Shown here: positions 12,176-26,170 of the stretch, one piece after another
Layout: the number at the start of each line of letters is the position of its first letter
Position numbering within the stretch: position 1 is the first letter of the stretch
Source: Vicugna vicugna
Taxonomy: Eukaryota
Direction of reading: 5' to 3'
Length of the DNA stretch: 64,000 bases
NCBI GenBank assembly: GCA_013265495.1
Contig: MU058584.1
Span: 3,912,508-3,976,507, forward strand
The notes under the pieces: model-generated
Seen by the model: the letters and a program-made list of their open reading frames with translations, nothing else
Databases searched by the model: none
Told to the model about the DNA's origin: nothing
Position numbers and translations under genes: made by a program

Positions 12176-13479
12176 GAATTTCCTAAGTGCACATTCTAAG
12201 CTCACAGAATTAGATTGACCCAGCTATGATCATGTATCTGCCTTTGGTCCAAGCCACTTGGCCACGGCAGTGGTCACATGGCTCTGGAAACACTCAGCAG
12301 GAGCTGTGGGAGCAGACGTTATGAGCAGAGGTTGAGAGCAAGTTCTCCAAGACAAAAGGAAATGATTGATGGCTCTTGTATACAGGATTCAAACTCTCAC
12401 CGTTCCATGTTTTGTCTGGCTTTCCTTATGACCAGGGCACAGATATTTGCAAAAAGGTGGACAGAGTTTATGAGTGTAATCTGAGTTGGTGGGTAGTGCA
12501 GAGATCTGGGTGGGTTTGGTTTGGTTTTAGTGAATGCTACAGTATAAGGTCCATCAGAGCAGAGATTCTGTCCGCTTGGTTTTCTGATTTATTCCAAGCA
12601 CCTACTATAGTGCCTGACCCACACACGTGACCTATACACCTGTGTGCACAAGGAAGGCAGTGAGCTGACTCCTGTCACAGGTCGGAGAGTTGTGGTTCTC
12701 TGCTAGGAGTGCCCTTGGAATTACTTGGAGAGCTTTCAAATGTACAGACTCTGCATCTTAGACCTACCACAATAAACTTTTCAGAGATGGGCCAATGCAT
12801 CTACATTTTTGAAAAAGCATCCCAGCGAATTCTGATGAGCAGAGGTTATTTAAAAACCCAAAACTACCCCCTACTAAAAACCTAAAACTATGAGATTTTT
12901 TTCAAGGTCACCAATTCTTTTCTAAAAGTCTAGGAAAGAACTGAAGAAGCAGAGGAAGGGAAATAGTAGAGGAAATAAGGATAAACAGAAAAATTGAAAA
13001 CATAGGAAATAGAGAAAAAACAAATTTTGAAGCTTTTCAAGCAAACATTTCTAGCTACTGTTTACTCAGCAAAGCTAAATTAGCACTGGTTGAATATTAA
13101 ATATCCCAGAGAAAATCTACTATTTATATTGTGAAAAATCAAGTAGCCACTTGGTAAGTTGTAAAAAAATTTCACTTTTAATCTGTATTGAGTATAAAAC
13201 TTTAAATAAGTATGAATCGGTGTGAGGCTTGAAAAATCAATCTGCCCTAAGCCCGTCCTTCCGGGTTTGCACGGAGGCATGGGAGACGCCTGCTCCGGCA
13301 TCAGCAGCGAGGTCCTCGGTGCAGTGTGTTTTCAAATGATGCTACCGAATCCACAATGAAGCACATGCTGATCATATGAGCCTCTGAGCATGGCCAAGAA
13401 AAGGTTACTGGCGTTTTCAGGCAGTGATAAAAATGGAGTTCTCCCTTCTCAGCACTCTGAGATGGTCAGGTTTCACTTT

Positions 13480-14160
13480 CATTATAACAAATACGCAAAG
13501 GCAGTGGGCGCTGAGAGGCGAAGTCCAGTGATCTCCCTGAGTTGAGGAAACAGAGCTGAGAGTCTAGGGAGACCAGAGCAGCCAGAGTGCAGAGGACAGA
13601 ATATGAGAGAGGAGAGAGCTGCCTGGAAAGAGCATCCCAGGGATCTGCAGAGGGAGGATGCGGGTCGGAACACTGGATACAGGGAAGGAGACATCTGAAA
13701 GGCTCACGGGGAACAGTGTCTGGTCCTGCAGGTACCCGGGACCAGGAATTACTCCTGAATGTATTTTTTTCAGCCAGACTGAAAAAAATTTATAATTCAT
13801 GGGACATTGGGTAGAGTACTCTGGAAGCTCTTGTCTCCAGAGTGAACAATATTTAGCACCAGATTGGGCACTGCTCTGGATCCACCTCACAAATCATAAA
13901 AGCAAGACCCCAAACGATCAAGCTAGTATTTCTAAGTAACTGCAACTCAAAACAAGGCTCAAGAAGATGTACAGTAATACATAAGTAGCTACCACCCAGC
14001 AATATACAATTCACAATGCCTGGCAGCCAGAAAATACTAGGCAGGCAAAGAGAAAGGAAAACAGGACCCAGATTGAGGAGAGTCATTAACCCATTGAAGC
14101 TGGCCCACTCCAGAACCGACACAGATGTTAGAATTAGCAGAGAAGGACACCAATGCATAT
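13480..14160 (+). mobile_element. Old LINE-1 5'/ORF1-proximal fragment (L1M-type)
   Basis: Purine-rich sequence with CTCCCTGAGTTGAGG and ATTCACAATGCCTGGCA...CAGATGTTAGAATTAGCAGA, typical of ancient L1 pre-ORF1 regions. Confidence 0.5.
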
Positions 14161-14789
14161 AGTAACAAGTGCTCAGTCGAGGTCAGCTCTCATTATTATT
14201 AATTTCATCCTCAGAAAAGTTTACCTCAAGGAAGATACTGCATTTGCACCGACAGAAGATAAAACTGAGGTTCAGAGTGGTGGAGGGGCCTAACCAAGGT
14301 CCCCGAGGGAACTATGCGCAGATCAGGGGCTACAATGGGTTCCTTCATGAACATATTGCCCGGGACCAGACCTGCAAGCTACCACCCTGCACCCTACCCC
14401 ACCCACCCCAGCCTCCCTGTCTAGTAGTCAGAGTCTCTCCTCTCAGCTTGGGCTGGACAAGGCAGGGGAAGTGGTGAACAAGCTGCTCCAGTCTGCAGAA
14501 GGTCATCAGAGCTACCAGGGCACCTCTGGCTACTTCAGGTCAGGCTGAGGGGACCCGTGCTGAGGTGGCTTCTGTCACCAGTGGTTTGCATTCATCCAGT
14601 CCCTGGAGGGCTAGACACTGCCCTTCCCCAGGGTGAAATAAATTTGATTGATGTGCTTATCCCAAAACTAGGCAGGCTGCTAGTCGGGTTCCTGTTGGTT
14701 TAACATAAATTTGCAGTAAAATCCACAGGCTGAAGCAATTTGGCAACTTGGCATTGTTTCTGCATCACTTACCTAGAATTTTTTAAAAA

Positions 14790-14935
14790 ATGTTTCATTT
14801 ATTTTTTTAATTTTTGGTGGGGAGTAGGTAATTAGGTTTTTATTTCTTTATTTATTTTAGTGGAGGTACTGGGGATTGAACCCAGGACCTAGTGCATGCT
14901 AGGCACACACTCTACTACTGAGCTATACCCTCCCA
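14790..14935 (-). mobile_element. Vic-1-like SINE
   Basis: GGAGGTACTGGGGATTGAACCCAGGACC...GAGCTATACCCTCCC with the same GGTAATT-containing tail as the copy at 345. Confidence 0.85.
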
Positions 14936-15832
14936 CACCTATGAACTTTAGTTAAAGGATCTTCATATACATTGGCACTGCCAGCATGTAGGGAGTTAGG
15001 AAGAAAAAGCCATCCAGAGCTAGTTGCTATCATCAGTCTGGAGGGGAAAACAAACACACAAACAAGCAAATAAACAAAAGTGAAAGAGTATTTAGCCTAA
15101 CATACTGATTTGTACAATTTGTAGGTTACAGTGAGAATCAATTAATATAACTCATTACCATCAAACCCATCACTGAGGAATTGTGCCTATAGAAATACAT
15201 ACAATGTTTAGTTTTAATTTTTTTTGACTGTGTGTTAGTTTGGGAGAGTCAGATGTGCTGGTAAAGATTCATGCCACCACCCACATTGGGCCACTGGAAA
15301 TATACTGGATGGATTACACCTTGGCCTTGAATGTATTACTCCTGTTACTACATCCTGTTACCATGATTATCCAAAAAAGAGTACTCCTTTTCAAGCTTGT
15401 GGCCCACTAAAGCCATCAGGCCTTTCTTTTGTGCCATGTCTGCTTTTTATAAGGTGGAGGGGGGGTAGTTTGCTTCTTTGATAGACTTTTCCCTCCTTAT
15501 TTTTAGAAGATAATGTTGTCTTCTATTCAGACCTTCACAAACAACCCTATTCAACTTAATCTCTGAAAAAGTAATAAGCATACTAAAAATATGTCATCTA
15601 AACTGTTGATGAATATCTTAGATGCCTAGAATTAAGTTCTGTGGGAGAGCCCTTAATGTTATACCCTTTTGTTGATGGAATTACAGTCTCCCCAGTAATT
15701 CCAAACTAGTGTGTCATGAAATTTTTTTGGTGGGGGGAGAATGCATGGGCATGGAGGTATACATAGGTTTCTGTATATCTCTCATTGTTTGTAGACTTTT
15801 GTATATAATATTTCATGTATATGTGTGCTTCT

Positions 15833-15960
15833 TTTTTTTTTCTTTTTTTTGGGGGGGTTTATTTATTTATTTATTTATTTCTAATGGAGGTACTGGGGAT
15901 TGAACCCAGGACCTCCTGCATGCTGAGCACATACTCTACCACTGAGCTATACCCACCCTC
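15833..15960 (-). mobile_element. Vic-1-like SINE with target-site duplication
   Basis: Same SINE core, flanked by the direct repeat TGTGTGCTTCT at 15822-15832 and 15961-15971. Confidence 0.88.
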
Positions 15961-16799
15961 TGTGTGCTTCTATTTTTAAAACATGTCTTAAGGCTATTAG
16001 GAGTCATAAATCACAATTTTGTCTAAAATTGTTACTAAATTCAAATGAGATTTTGATCATTATGCATTTTCTCAGTCAATAGATACCCAAAGTACATCTG
16101 TTATTTTGTAGAAATCCTTATGCAATAGTGTATATGCCCAAAGGTACTCATTACAATTTTGTTTATAATATCCCCAAACCTGGAAATAACCAGACTATAG
16201 GTTAGTCAAGTAAGTTATAGTACATAATACAATGGTATAACCTTCAACTATTAAAAATAATTGTATTTATATTTAGTTACATAAAAAAAGTCTAAAACTT
16301 TCTTGAGAGGTGGAATGTTTTCTTTTACTTCTTAATGTTTGTAGATTTTTTAAATATAAGAATATAATTTTTCAAAAGTAAGAAAACTATTTTTAAGAGT
16401 TTGTACATATTAAAGTATTGAGTATGTCTTGGATGGACCGCATCTTCCCAGTTTGGCTATAAGAGAAACTTAATAAAATTCTGATCTTCATCATTCTTTA
16501 TCTATATGACCCATCACTCAGTCATAGAAATAACTCAGATTCCATGGCGTAATTTGCAATTATGACCCTACTTCATGGCAGCTTTTATACAGCTACTACA
16601 CTGTACATTTTGCCTTTCATGTGTGGAATTCAAACTCTTACACTCTGCTAACGGGAGGACGTTTTGAATTCTCACATAGTTGTGGTACCTGCCAGCTAAT
16701 TTGTTCAGTTTCAGCATTTTTGGTCCTACAATTGTTTGGATTGTGCAGTTACTTAAATTTTTTGTTATTTTATTTAAAAAAATAGAATACAAAAGACTT

Positions 16800-18950
16800 C
16801 TACTTAAACATGAGTATTTGAACACAACTTTTCATCTGTTTCCTCCTAAAATCCAAAAATGTAACAGTAAAGAAATAAAAAGATTAAAGCAAACGAAGAG
16901 AAAGAACATGGAAGGGAAGATAGCAGCTTAGTGATATCAACAAGCTTCAGGAAGAGGGACAATGAATAAATGAGTGGTTTCTGATTTAGCAGAAGAGCGA
17001 ATCTATTCAAAGAGTATACTTATTCAGTGATAGAATTAAGGAATTCAAAACAACAGGTGGTTCTAAAGGCCTGGATGTGGGATGGAACTCTCAACTAGAG
17101 TACTGGTTAAAATCTGTATAAAGAGCAGTTAGTCCGCAGGTGTCTTCCTTCAGCCTAGGTAGCTGTGAGGCATCCTTCCCCAACCCTAACAGCAGAGAAG
17201 TGCCTGCAGGTAGAAGGAGAGAGTCTTCGAGCTTAGGGACACCTAGTACTGCTGAAGGTGGGAGACAGGCACCAAATTGAAAACAGAGGGATTAACTGAA
17301 GGTCTGTCGACTGAATTGTAAGAACCCCCATTCTCCTTGCTTGAATTCCAAGATGCTGTCCGCTAAACGTGTATCTTGGACCTACTCACCACTCCCAGAA
17401 ATTGAGAAGAATCTTCTCTGGGGAAATTGACCATCCCAAGAAAACAGACCTACAGATACTGACATTTGGGGTTTCCTGATGAATAGTAGTTTCCTATGGT
17501 TAGCTTATTAATTAACAATCTCTGCCCATGCACATAGAACTTTCAGTCAGATTTTTCAGTGCCACCTTCTTAAATATGAATTGACTACCAGATAGCCAAG
17601 GAAATCCTACAACTTGAAAAACTGAAAAAAAAAAAAAGCAGAAAAAAAACCTTATAAGAAAGAAAGACAATGCAGGTAGCAGAAGTAAATTTCAAAAAAG
17701 GTATAAGTAATAAGTAATATGTTCCAACAAATAATGCATCTATTAAGGAAGAATATGGTGTTATGGGAAAAGAACATTTAGAAAATGGGAAAGATCTCTT
17801 AATAATAAAACAACTGCTATATCAACAACTAAAAGTCTAATAGAAAGGTTGGGAGATCAAGTTGAGAATATATGTCAGAAAATGGAACATAAAAGATAAA
17901 CAAATAGAAAATAAAGGGGAAAAGACAAGAATTTAGATTAGTCTGAAATGAACAAAAATTCAGAAAGAGAAAGAAGAAGGAACAAAGGAGAGGAAATTAT
18001 CAACAAAATAATAAAAAGAAAACTTCCCATATTATAGGGAGGAAGAGAAGTTTGAAACGTTTCCAGAAAGAACGAAAAAAGAAAGATTCAGAGAATCAGG
18101 AACTGAACCTCTCAAAAGCGTGATGGAAACTAGAAGGCAGTGGAGCAATGCCTTTGAAATTCTGAATGTTATTTCCATTCTGGATTTCTATTCCCAGCTA
18201 AATATTTAATTAAGTTGGAGGGTAGAATTAAAATTGGGTAAGATCTCAAAAAAAAAAAAAGTTCTAATGTTCTTTTTCTTCAGAAGCTACTGGTGGATTT
18301 GTTCCAGAAGAATGAGCGGATGAGCCAAGGAGGAGAAAAATATAGGTTCAGTGAAGGAGTGGATACAACACAGGAGTGAAGGGGATTCTCGGGCTGCTGG
18401 CAAAGACAAGTTCAAGAGCAACCAGTGCAGGTCAGACAAGATGCTGAGGGCCCCAGAGGGACAGCTTCGTAGAACTGAAATTTTACTGATGTTGATCATA
18501 GTGAGAAGAGTACTCACTTCTCTTAGAAAAGTTGGGAACAAATTAGTAACAATTACACAGAAAACTAAGCAGATGAAAAACAAGACGATTATTTACTTTG
18601 GGAGGAAAATTAGTAGTGCCTGATAGTAAATGTAATCAAAATGGACCAAGTGATTCAGCTGTGATTTGTGTTTACCTAGCAATAAGAATGTCAGTTCTGA
18701 TTTTTGCATTTTTCGTATAATTTAGAAGGTCGATTTAAGAGAAATAATAGTGACATAGCGCTATTGGTAGACAGGAAGGATGCGTATGGTGGTGGGTTGG
18801 GGATAGTATAAGGAAACTAAATCCCCATCTTCTATGGTTGGAAGTAAATAAGTAATGTCCAAAATAGAACATTTTGAAAAAAATTGGCAGTGTAAGCATA
18901 TTTAGGAAGTAAAAAGCAGCAGAAACAACTAAAAGATTTTTATGTGGTTG
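16800..18950 (+). mobile_element. Ancient L1/HAL1-like ORF1 region, degenerate
   Basis: Very A-rich. GGCAGTGGAGCAATGCCTTTGAAATTCTG...ATTTCTATTCCCAGCTAAA near 18140-18200 resembles the ORF1 C-terminal W...F..L...ILYPAKL motif. Confidence 0.55.
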
Positions 18951-19959
18951 CTCTAGCTCTCCCTCTTAGGTTTCTCCTGACCCCACCAACACCTAGTTTC
19001 AGCTCGGCTGGAAGGCCACTCGTGGCACTCATTGTGTGGCATGAAAGTGGACTAAGTTTGGCTTGGTTCAGGCTCTAAAAATATCCCCGCTAAGAGGTGC
19101 AGTGGAGAGAGGGCAGCAGCGGGTGTAATGTGCTGACAGGTGACGTGCGCCTCTAGAAGATGGAAGGGGAAGGAGAAGGAAATGTGGCCAATAATCTGGC
19201 TATTCTTCCTTGAGTTCCTTTGTAGCTGAGTTGCATTAGGGCAGCGTTTTAGGAAGCTTTCACAGCGAGACAGGGAAAGATTCATTGTCCTCCCTACAGG
19301 GTGAATGAGCACCTGCCAGCGCTGGGTCTGCCTTTCCCTGTCCAACACGTCAAGGGAAGCAGAGCTGAGAGGCTTTTCAAGATCTTCCGAGATCTCCAAA
19401 AAGCTGCCTGCAAGTGTTTCCCTATTCATCTCATGAACTCTGAAAGGTCTTCACCCCAAGTGCACCAATCCAGATCATCTCCTCCAGGGCATTCCCCTTT
19501 TCTCCTGGATGAGAAGTTCCTCAAGGACAGAAAAGGGTCACATACAACTTTGCACTTGACACGGTGCCCAACAAGTGTCTTGTCCATGGTGGGTGCCCAG
19601 TGTGCATATGCTACGTGAATAACTGAAGATGCCTGAGAGATGTCTTCTCCTTTGAATGGTTAAAAGGGTTTATTGTCCAGAATATATGATATATTTTAGA
19701 AATAAGAAAATAGTGATCCTTCTTGTTCACTGCCAACAAACAAAGAGGTGGCTTTTATATAGGTTTTGAACAAACATAATGTGCCCAGTAATAAGTTTTC
19801 TTCCCTACTGAGGCTAGCTAGAGAATATTGTAAGCCAAAATTAAAATTCTAGAGATATTTCTGAAGTACAATAAATATCACTTGGCTAATAGCTCTCTTT
19901 TAGGTTCTTAGTTCTGTTATCAGTACAGAATGATCTTAATTTTCTAAACATAGGATATA

Positions 19960-20292
19960 CACAAGCTGTTCTTCTACTTGGAATGCCAGGACCCATCCCC
20001 TTATGGACCAGTGAACTCCTATTCATCCTTCAAAGCCCAGTCAAGGAGTCGCCCCTTCTGGGAAGCCTCCCCTGCCACTGTCCCACCTCTAGACTAAAAA
20101 AAGTTACACGTTCCCTTGCTGTTGGAACATTTTTTGATTGATATGTATACATCACCAGGCTGTAATTCATTATTTACTTTGTAAGATCCTTGAGGGCAGG
20201 AATTATGTCATATTTACCTCTAGTTTCCCTTGGCCTAACTTAGGGACTAGCATATATCATAGTCAGTAAATGTTGGTTGAATTGAATTGAAT
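19960..20292 (+). mobile_element. LINE-2 3' end
   Basis: CTCCTATTCATCCTTCAAAGCCCAG...TGTAAGATCCTTGAGGGCAGG...TAAATGTTGGTTGAATTGAATTGAATG. Confidence 0.75.
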
Positions 20293-21849
20293 GGTAATAG
20301 AGAATGTTTTCTTACTTGTGAATTTAATTATATGAAGTCTTACAATTACATAAAATGCGTTTATATTTAGTTACATATTATTACATATTTAACAAATTGC
20401 CTTTATTAATAAGATTAAACTTACATGAAATCAGAGTGTCCGGGAACATTCTAGACATATGGCCATATGGCTTCAAAGTTGCATAATACCAGCAGCTTGG
20501 ACTTATCTAATTTGACAAAATGAGGTGTTCACTGGCATTTGAAAGAAATGTCAGACAAAAGCATGAGTGAGGGGTGTGGATGGGGGGTTATTTAAATCAA
20601 TTTCAGTTGCCAAAGGGAAGTGATTCACTTCCAAACAATTTTTGACTCTGATATTAATTTCCCAGCACAGATCTAGTAGTTTATCTTTCTAGTAATTGGT
20701 TTAATACCTTTGGGTGTTATTTGGCCCTTTTTCACATATGCACTGAACAACTCAATTTTAAAATATAAGAAAACATTCGTTATAAGTACTTCCTAATTAA
20801 AGAACTAGATTATTCTAGTATTTAGTTTCTCAGGGAAATTAGGAGGACTATTAGTACTGAATTCAAAAGCAGTGAAAATTATCGGAGTTAAACCTATTTG
20901 GGTTATGATGGAATAGGGGATTGCAATGGGAATTTAATTTTTCTATGCTGGAGAAATAGCACCTGCAGTATTAAAGCATTTCACTAATTCATTTGTTCAC
21001 TCAACAAACTTATATGGACGCTTACCAAAAATCACTGCGGTGGTCCCCCAAAAAGTGCTTGAAAGGGTGTCCCAGTAGTTCAAAAAATTAATGTCCTTCA
21101 TAAAGAACTCAACTGAATGTCATAACTTATTTTGGTTGTTGAGGCATAAAACAAGTTATAAGAAGGGTCCTGGAAGAATAGTCATCACAAAGCTTAACTC
21201 AATCCCAGGTGAATTGGATTAACACTGATATTATACCCCTAATTGCATATATCACAGCAGAGAGAACTTAATCTACAAAGCCTAGGCATTAACAAGATTT
21301 GTGTGTGCAGTATTTAAACCCACATTATTGTTTATCTGTTTGTTTGTGTTTTAATGAGCTATACCTTTTAGTGTGAGAAAAGTAGAAAATTAAGTGTCTA
21401 GAATCTGGCTCCTCCTGGGCTTCACCTTTTGTGTTCAAGAACCTCAAAAGGAGATTATTGACAGTGGGTGTTCATCTGAGCCAACAGGCTATCAGTATAA
21501 AACCATTAATCTTGTACAAATTATGTTTGCAAGGCACTAAATATAACCCAAAAAGTGTAAGCTGTGGACTCTGTATTTACTAGGCTTGCAGACTCTCAAA
21601 GGATGTGTATAAGAAGATAAATAACATTGGAGAAACATGAAAATGCTAACTGTGACATAGACTGTAAATTCAGAGAGGATTGTCTGGTTGGAGAAATGGA
21701 GGAAGAACTTGACAAAGACCTTGAAAGAGGGGAATTTGGGAGAGGGGTGGGAGAGTGGGAGCACACAGCCTGGGTAACAGCGGGGAGGAGGGACTGTGAG
21801 TGGTGCTGGAGGGCGAACAGACCAGTTGTGCCATGGCTCACAGCTTAGA

Positions 21850-22140
21850 TCAGAGTTTACAAACTGGAGCCAGGTGTCCAGTTTTAAATTATAGTATATG
21901 TGCTACTTGGCCTGAATTTTGTTTGAATATTGAAAAACTGGTAGAATTCACATCAAAATCTGGATTCCTCATGTACTCTTAAAAACTGGGAAGTCTGATA
22001 GGCCTGTGTTCCTGAAAGGCAATAATCACTTGAAGCTGAATCACAACTATACCCTTCAGACCAGAGTGGGTGTTCCACTTTGACACAGTCCCCACAGGCC
22101 CATTTGCTCACTTACTTCCTCTATTTTATGCTTACCAGTC
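21850..22140. mobile_element. MER102-like hAT fragment
   Basis: CAGAGTTTACAAACTGG...AAAATCTGGATT...CTCTTAAAAACTGGGAAGTCTG, similar to the copy at 11465. Confidence 0.5.
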
Positions 22141-22142
22141 TT

Positions 22143-22520
22143 TAATTAGTCAGCTTATGCTTGGTTATGCTGTGGTAACAAACACTCCCCAAAATCTCAG
22201 TGGCTCACAACTACAATGTTTTATTTCCCAAACTTATTACATGTCAGCTGCGGTGGTTGTGGCAGTGCTCTGCACAGCTCCTTCCTTCTGGCATCTCCTT
22301 CATTCTGGGATCAAGGCTGAAGGATCTACCTAGGTACCTGGGTACCATTCTCAAGACAAAGGGGAAAGAGCAATGGCAGAGCTGTGATACAGCTCTTAAA
22401 ACTTTACTCAGACACAGCATACGTCACTTCCTCTGAGAGTATATTTGGCCAAAGGATGTCATAGGCCAAGTCTGTGTCAATGGTTTGGGAAAATGTCTTC
22501 TTCTCATAGGGAGGGTCAGT
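22143..22520 (-). mobile_element. Old MLT1 (J/K-like) LTR
   Basis: TTAGTCAG...GGTTATGCTGTGGTAACAAAC...CCCCAAAATCTCAGTGGCT terminus. Confidence 0.65.
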
Positions 22521-24654
22521 GACTAATTGAGAACATATTTTACCAATATTCAACACTAATTGAATGTATTCCTCCCCTGATGAGAAAACATTTTGGAATG
22601 AAGTAAGAGTGAGAATCAGAGGGCCTTGGATGCCAGCTACAAGACTCCGTGTCTGACAGCAAAGTTGCACATACTTATAAAATAAACAAACAGCAGCAAC
22701 AACCCTAGAAGGCCTGGCTCTGGGAATCTGGGCTTCCACATACCGTCATAAGGAGCATGCGACTGAACGTGACAGACACTAACAGAGGAGGAAGGGTTGG
22801 ATCCCTTTGCTCCTGTCTTTATTTACAGCAAAGGACAGAACACTTCGTCACCTTGGAAACAGCCAACAAAGGCAGTGAGTAGAGCTCTAAGAAATCCCTG
22901 TCTGCTCGCTCAGAGGTGGCTGGGGCTAAGTAGCGGGGTGGGGTCTCCTGCCACTTGACTGCCCTGGGTCGTGGGTATTGTGTAGTCAGGCAGGTTACTC
23001 CAGCTGGAAGGAAAAGGTGTTTGGCCTTTGATGGCCACAGCTGACTACATAATATGTCCCTCCTTGTCTCCTGTATTCAGAGATAACACTGCTGACAGAG
23101 GAGAGTGCAGCCACAGCATCCGGACCTATGACCTACACTCGGGACGGTTCGGCCTCTCTGCTGTAGAGCAATTCTTCACAAGTCTCATTGCAGGCAATGG
23201 TGTTGCAGCCTGGGCCACTTTTACTCTAAAGAAGCCATAACAAGCTGGGAGATCTTGCTGTCATTCCCAAAGGTTACCTGTGTGTTCCTGCTTGCATATG
23301 TATAGTTACTAATCTCTTCCTTTTTATGCTAAATTGTGTTATCACTGCACTGGTAAAATTCTTCAAGAAGCTAGATGTGGAAAAAAAAAAAGACTGGTGG
23401 GGATTGACACTAAGAGATAATTTTACATCCTTCTGAAAGGAAAAGATTAGAGGATGAATGAAAAGTAAGCATGCTGTTTCTGGACACTTCAACAGTGTAG
23501 GCAGAGAATGTAATAGTTTACAGAGACAATAAAAGCCACTTCATCTTCATTGGGGAAAAAAAAAAGAAACTGGATGTTCTTCTGTTATGGGCCTGAGGGA
23601 GATGCTAAATTAACTAAAAGATTGGTCACACTCATTGCTGTGTCAGCTTGGAGACTTGGCATGATGTCTAATGCCATGTGGTTGCTCTCCTGGCACTATC
23701 AAACGGTTCTTGGCCTTTGAAATAGGGTTTTGAGCTTCTCAGACTTTCCGGAGAGTATCAGTTAGTTAATAGCACACATCTGAATACAGCCCAGCACGTC
23801 TTTAGCCTCACATGTGCAGGACGTACCCTCCACAGCAATTAACATGCCTGAGGCCATTCCTACAGGACTATTCATAAGTTGCATCAATGCTTTTTGGGTT
23901 TTGTTTTTTTTTTGCATTTTGCTAGAGAAAGCATCTAATTTGGTTTTAGATGAAACATTATTGAGCTCAAAACTTTAGGATAAATTCCAATCCATCTGAA
24001 TACTAAACTCCAGAGTATTTACAGCTCTCCACATATAATGTGGTTTAATTGCAATGACAACAGATGGAAGGAAACCTGAGCTTGGGTTTCAGCTCAGCCA
24101 CTTATTCCGTGACTACAGACAAGTCGTTCATTCCTTTGTAAAAAGAGCAAACTAGAACAGGTAAGACAATGCAGACACGTGACTAATGTACCATTACTCC
24201 CAAAAATTTAGCCATGGCAGGCATGACTAATCAAACCTGGAATGATCTCCAGGGTCCTTTTCAGCACAGAATTCTAGGCAGCTGCATACAGTCATTGGAA
24301 TTAGCACTCAAGCTGAAATCTATGGGAAAGTCTACTTCTAGACAATCTACAATATATAGAGATAACATGTAAAAATGCTTTGCAAACCCTTCCATGTTGC
24401 ACAAATTTAAGGTGTTATTGTTGTTGTTATTATTATCGCATTACTATTGTTACAGAAAATTTGTGCAGATTGTGTTCAGGATATATGATGTGCTGGCAGT
24501 GGTCTGTATCTTGCCAACAGTGCCTACAGTTGCTGTTCTAATAGTATACACTAAATATTCCTGGCATTTTTAAAGTAAGCATATACTATGAAAGCAGTTT
24601 AAAAATGCAAAGCAACGGCTACCCTGGACTGTCTAGGAAGCTGTCAGGGAGGCA

Positions 24655-24852
24655 TACAGACTTAGGTTTGAAGCCTGGCTTCACCTTTCCATGTGTAAAA
24701 GCTGGGATGCCACTCAACTCCCCAGAGCCTGTTTCCTCATCCACAAAGTGGGCTCTGTAATTTACTCTTAGGGTTGTTGAAATTTCTTAATGAGTTAACA
24801 TGTATAAAATAAAAAACCTGATTCATAAGCTGTGCTCTATAAATGTTAGTTC
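24655..24852 (+). mobile_element. MIR SINE
   Basis: GGTTTGAAGCCTGGCT...CCTGTTTCCTCATC...AGGGTTGTTGA...CTCTATAAATGTTAG. Confidence 0.6.
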
Positions 24853-25830
24853 CTGAGGCTGGAAAACTGGTTTATAATGAGCACTCTAGGACTTTTGACT
24901 CACTTTCTATTTTAGCAAAAGATTGGTGAGTCTTAAGAGTCAGAAAACACTTTCAGTCAGAAACAATATTTTTTTAGGGCAAGAGATAAACACCTGCACT
25001 TACTTAGATCACCATCTTCCTTCAGAACAAGGATAAGAGCTGGAGTACAAGCCCTCCCTTTGTGAGATTTGCCTCCTTTACCCAATGAGATGTTGCAATT
25101 TCTTTTTATATAAAACAATTAGAAATTTTCAAGGGAATGATAACTCGAAAGCTGCTAATGCTGTCTGGATGACATTCAATACGGGAAAAATGCTATGACT
25201 CAAAATAACTTACTTCTAACTCGGTGCTGAGATTTGAAGCTGTCATATTATGCATGCACAGTGCTTGATCGTGTAGATGAGAATAACGCAAACCCCTCCG
25301 GGAATGTGTATATGACACTTTTCAGAGCGATCTGTGTCAAAGTTCCGAGCACCTCAGACAGAAGGCTTCTACTGCTCAAAATCTGGATGTTTCTGCCATT
25401 TCCACCCCAAAGATTAGAATATCTTTTGAAACTGTAACCTTAGCAGCTTTCTTCTTCCTCCACCACTATTGCTCTTCCTTCTACCTCCACTTTGCCAAGT
25501 TTATTATCAGTACATACTTTTCCTCATATTTGGAGTGCAAAGCCATATAATTATCCTGGAAGGAAATTTTGAGGGTACAAGCTACATATAGCAGGTTAAA
25601 ATAACTAATACATAACTTAGTTAAAAAATCTGTTTCAAGTAGCTTGAGTCACAAATCTTGCTTTTGTGGTAGCCCATTTGGGGAGCAAAACTTTTTATCT
25701 TCTTTAAAAGCAATAATTTGTTGTAGGTCAACATTTGATAAGGAGTCCTAAGGTCAAGAAGTATCTGTTCAGGATGTGAGGTTTCCTAAGGATTAAGGGA
25801 ACACATTCTTTTCTTTTTTTCTTTTTTTGT

Positions 25831-25873
25831 TTCTTCTTCTTCTTCTTCTTCTTCTTCTTCTTCTTCTTCTTCT
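25831..25873. repeat. (CTT)n microsatellite running into poly-T
   Basis: Seen directly in the sequence. Confidence 0.95.
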
Positions 25874-25935
25874 TTTTTTTTTTTTTTTTTTGTTTTTCCT
25901 TCAGATTGTTTTTTTTTTTTTCTTTTTTTGGGTGA

Positions 25936-25967
25936 NNNNNNNNNNNNNNNNNNNNNNNNNNNNNNNN
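25936..25967. other. Assembly gap (32 N)
   Basis: Run of n characters. Confidence 1.
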
Positions 25968-26052
25968 TTTTTTTTTTTTTTTACTAGATTTACCCTCAGA
26001 GAGTGACTTGGTCTCACATTCTGTGGGTGACTAACTATTGCACCCTTTATTC

Positions 26053-26170
26053 TTTTTTTAAATTTTTATATCTTTTAAGAAAAAAAATTTTAATGGAGGA
26101 ACCGGAGATTGAATTCAGGACCTCATATGTGCTAAGCATGCACTCTACCACCCAGCTATACCCTCCCCAC
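26053..26170 (-). mobile_element. Vic-1-like SINE
   Basis: GGAGGAACCGGAGATTGAATTCAGGACC...GCTAAGCATGCACTCTACCACCCAGCTATACCCTCCCC. Confidence 0.82.

Noticed and set aside
15970..16397. MEF2-like CTATTTTTAA words
   Set aside because: They lie in very AT-rich, repeat-associated sequence where such matches are expected by chance.
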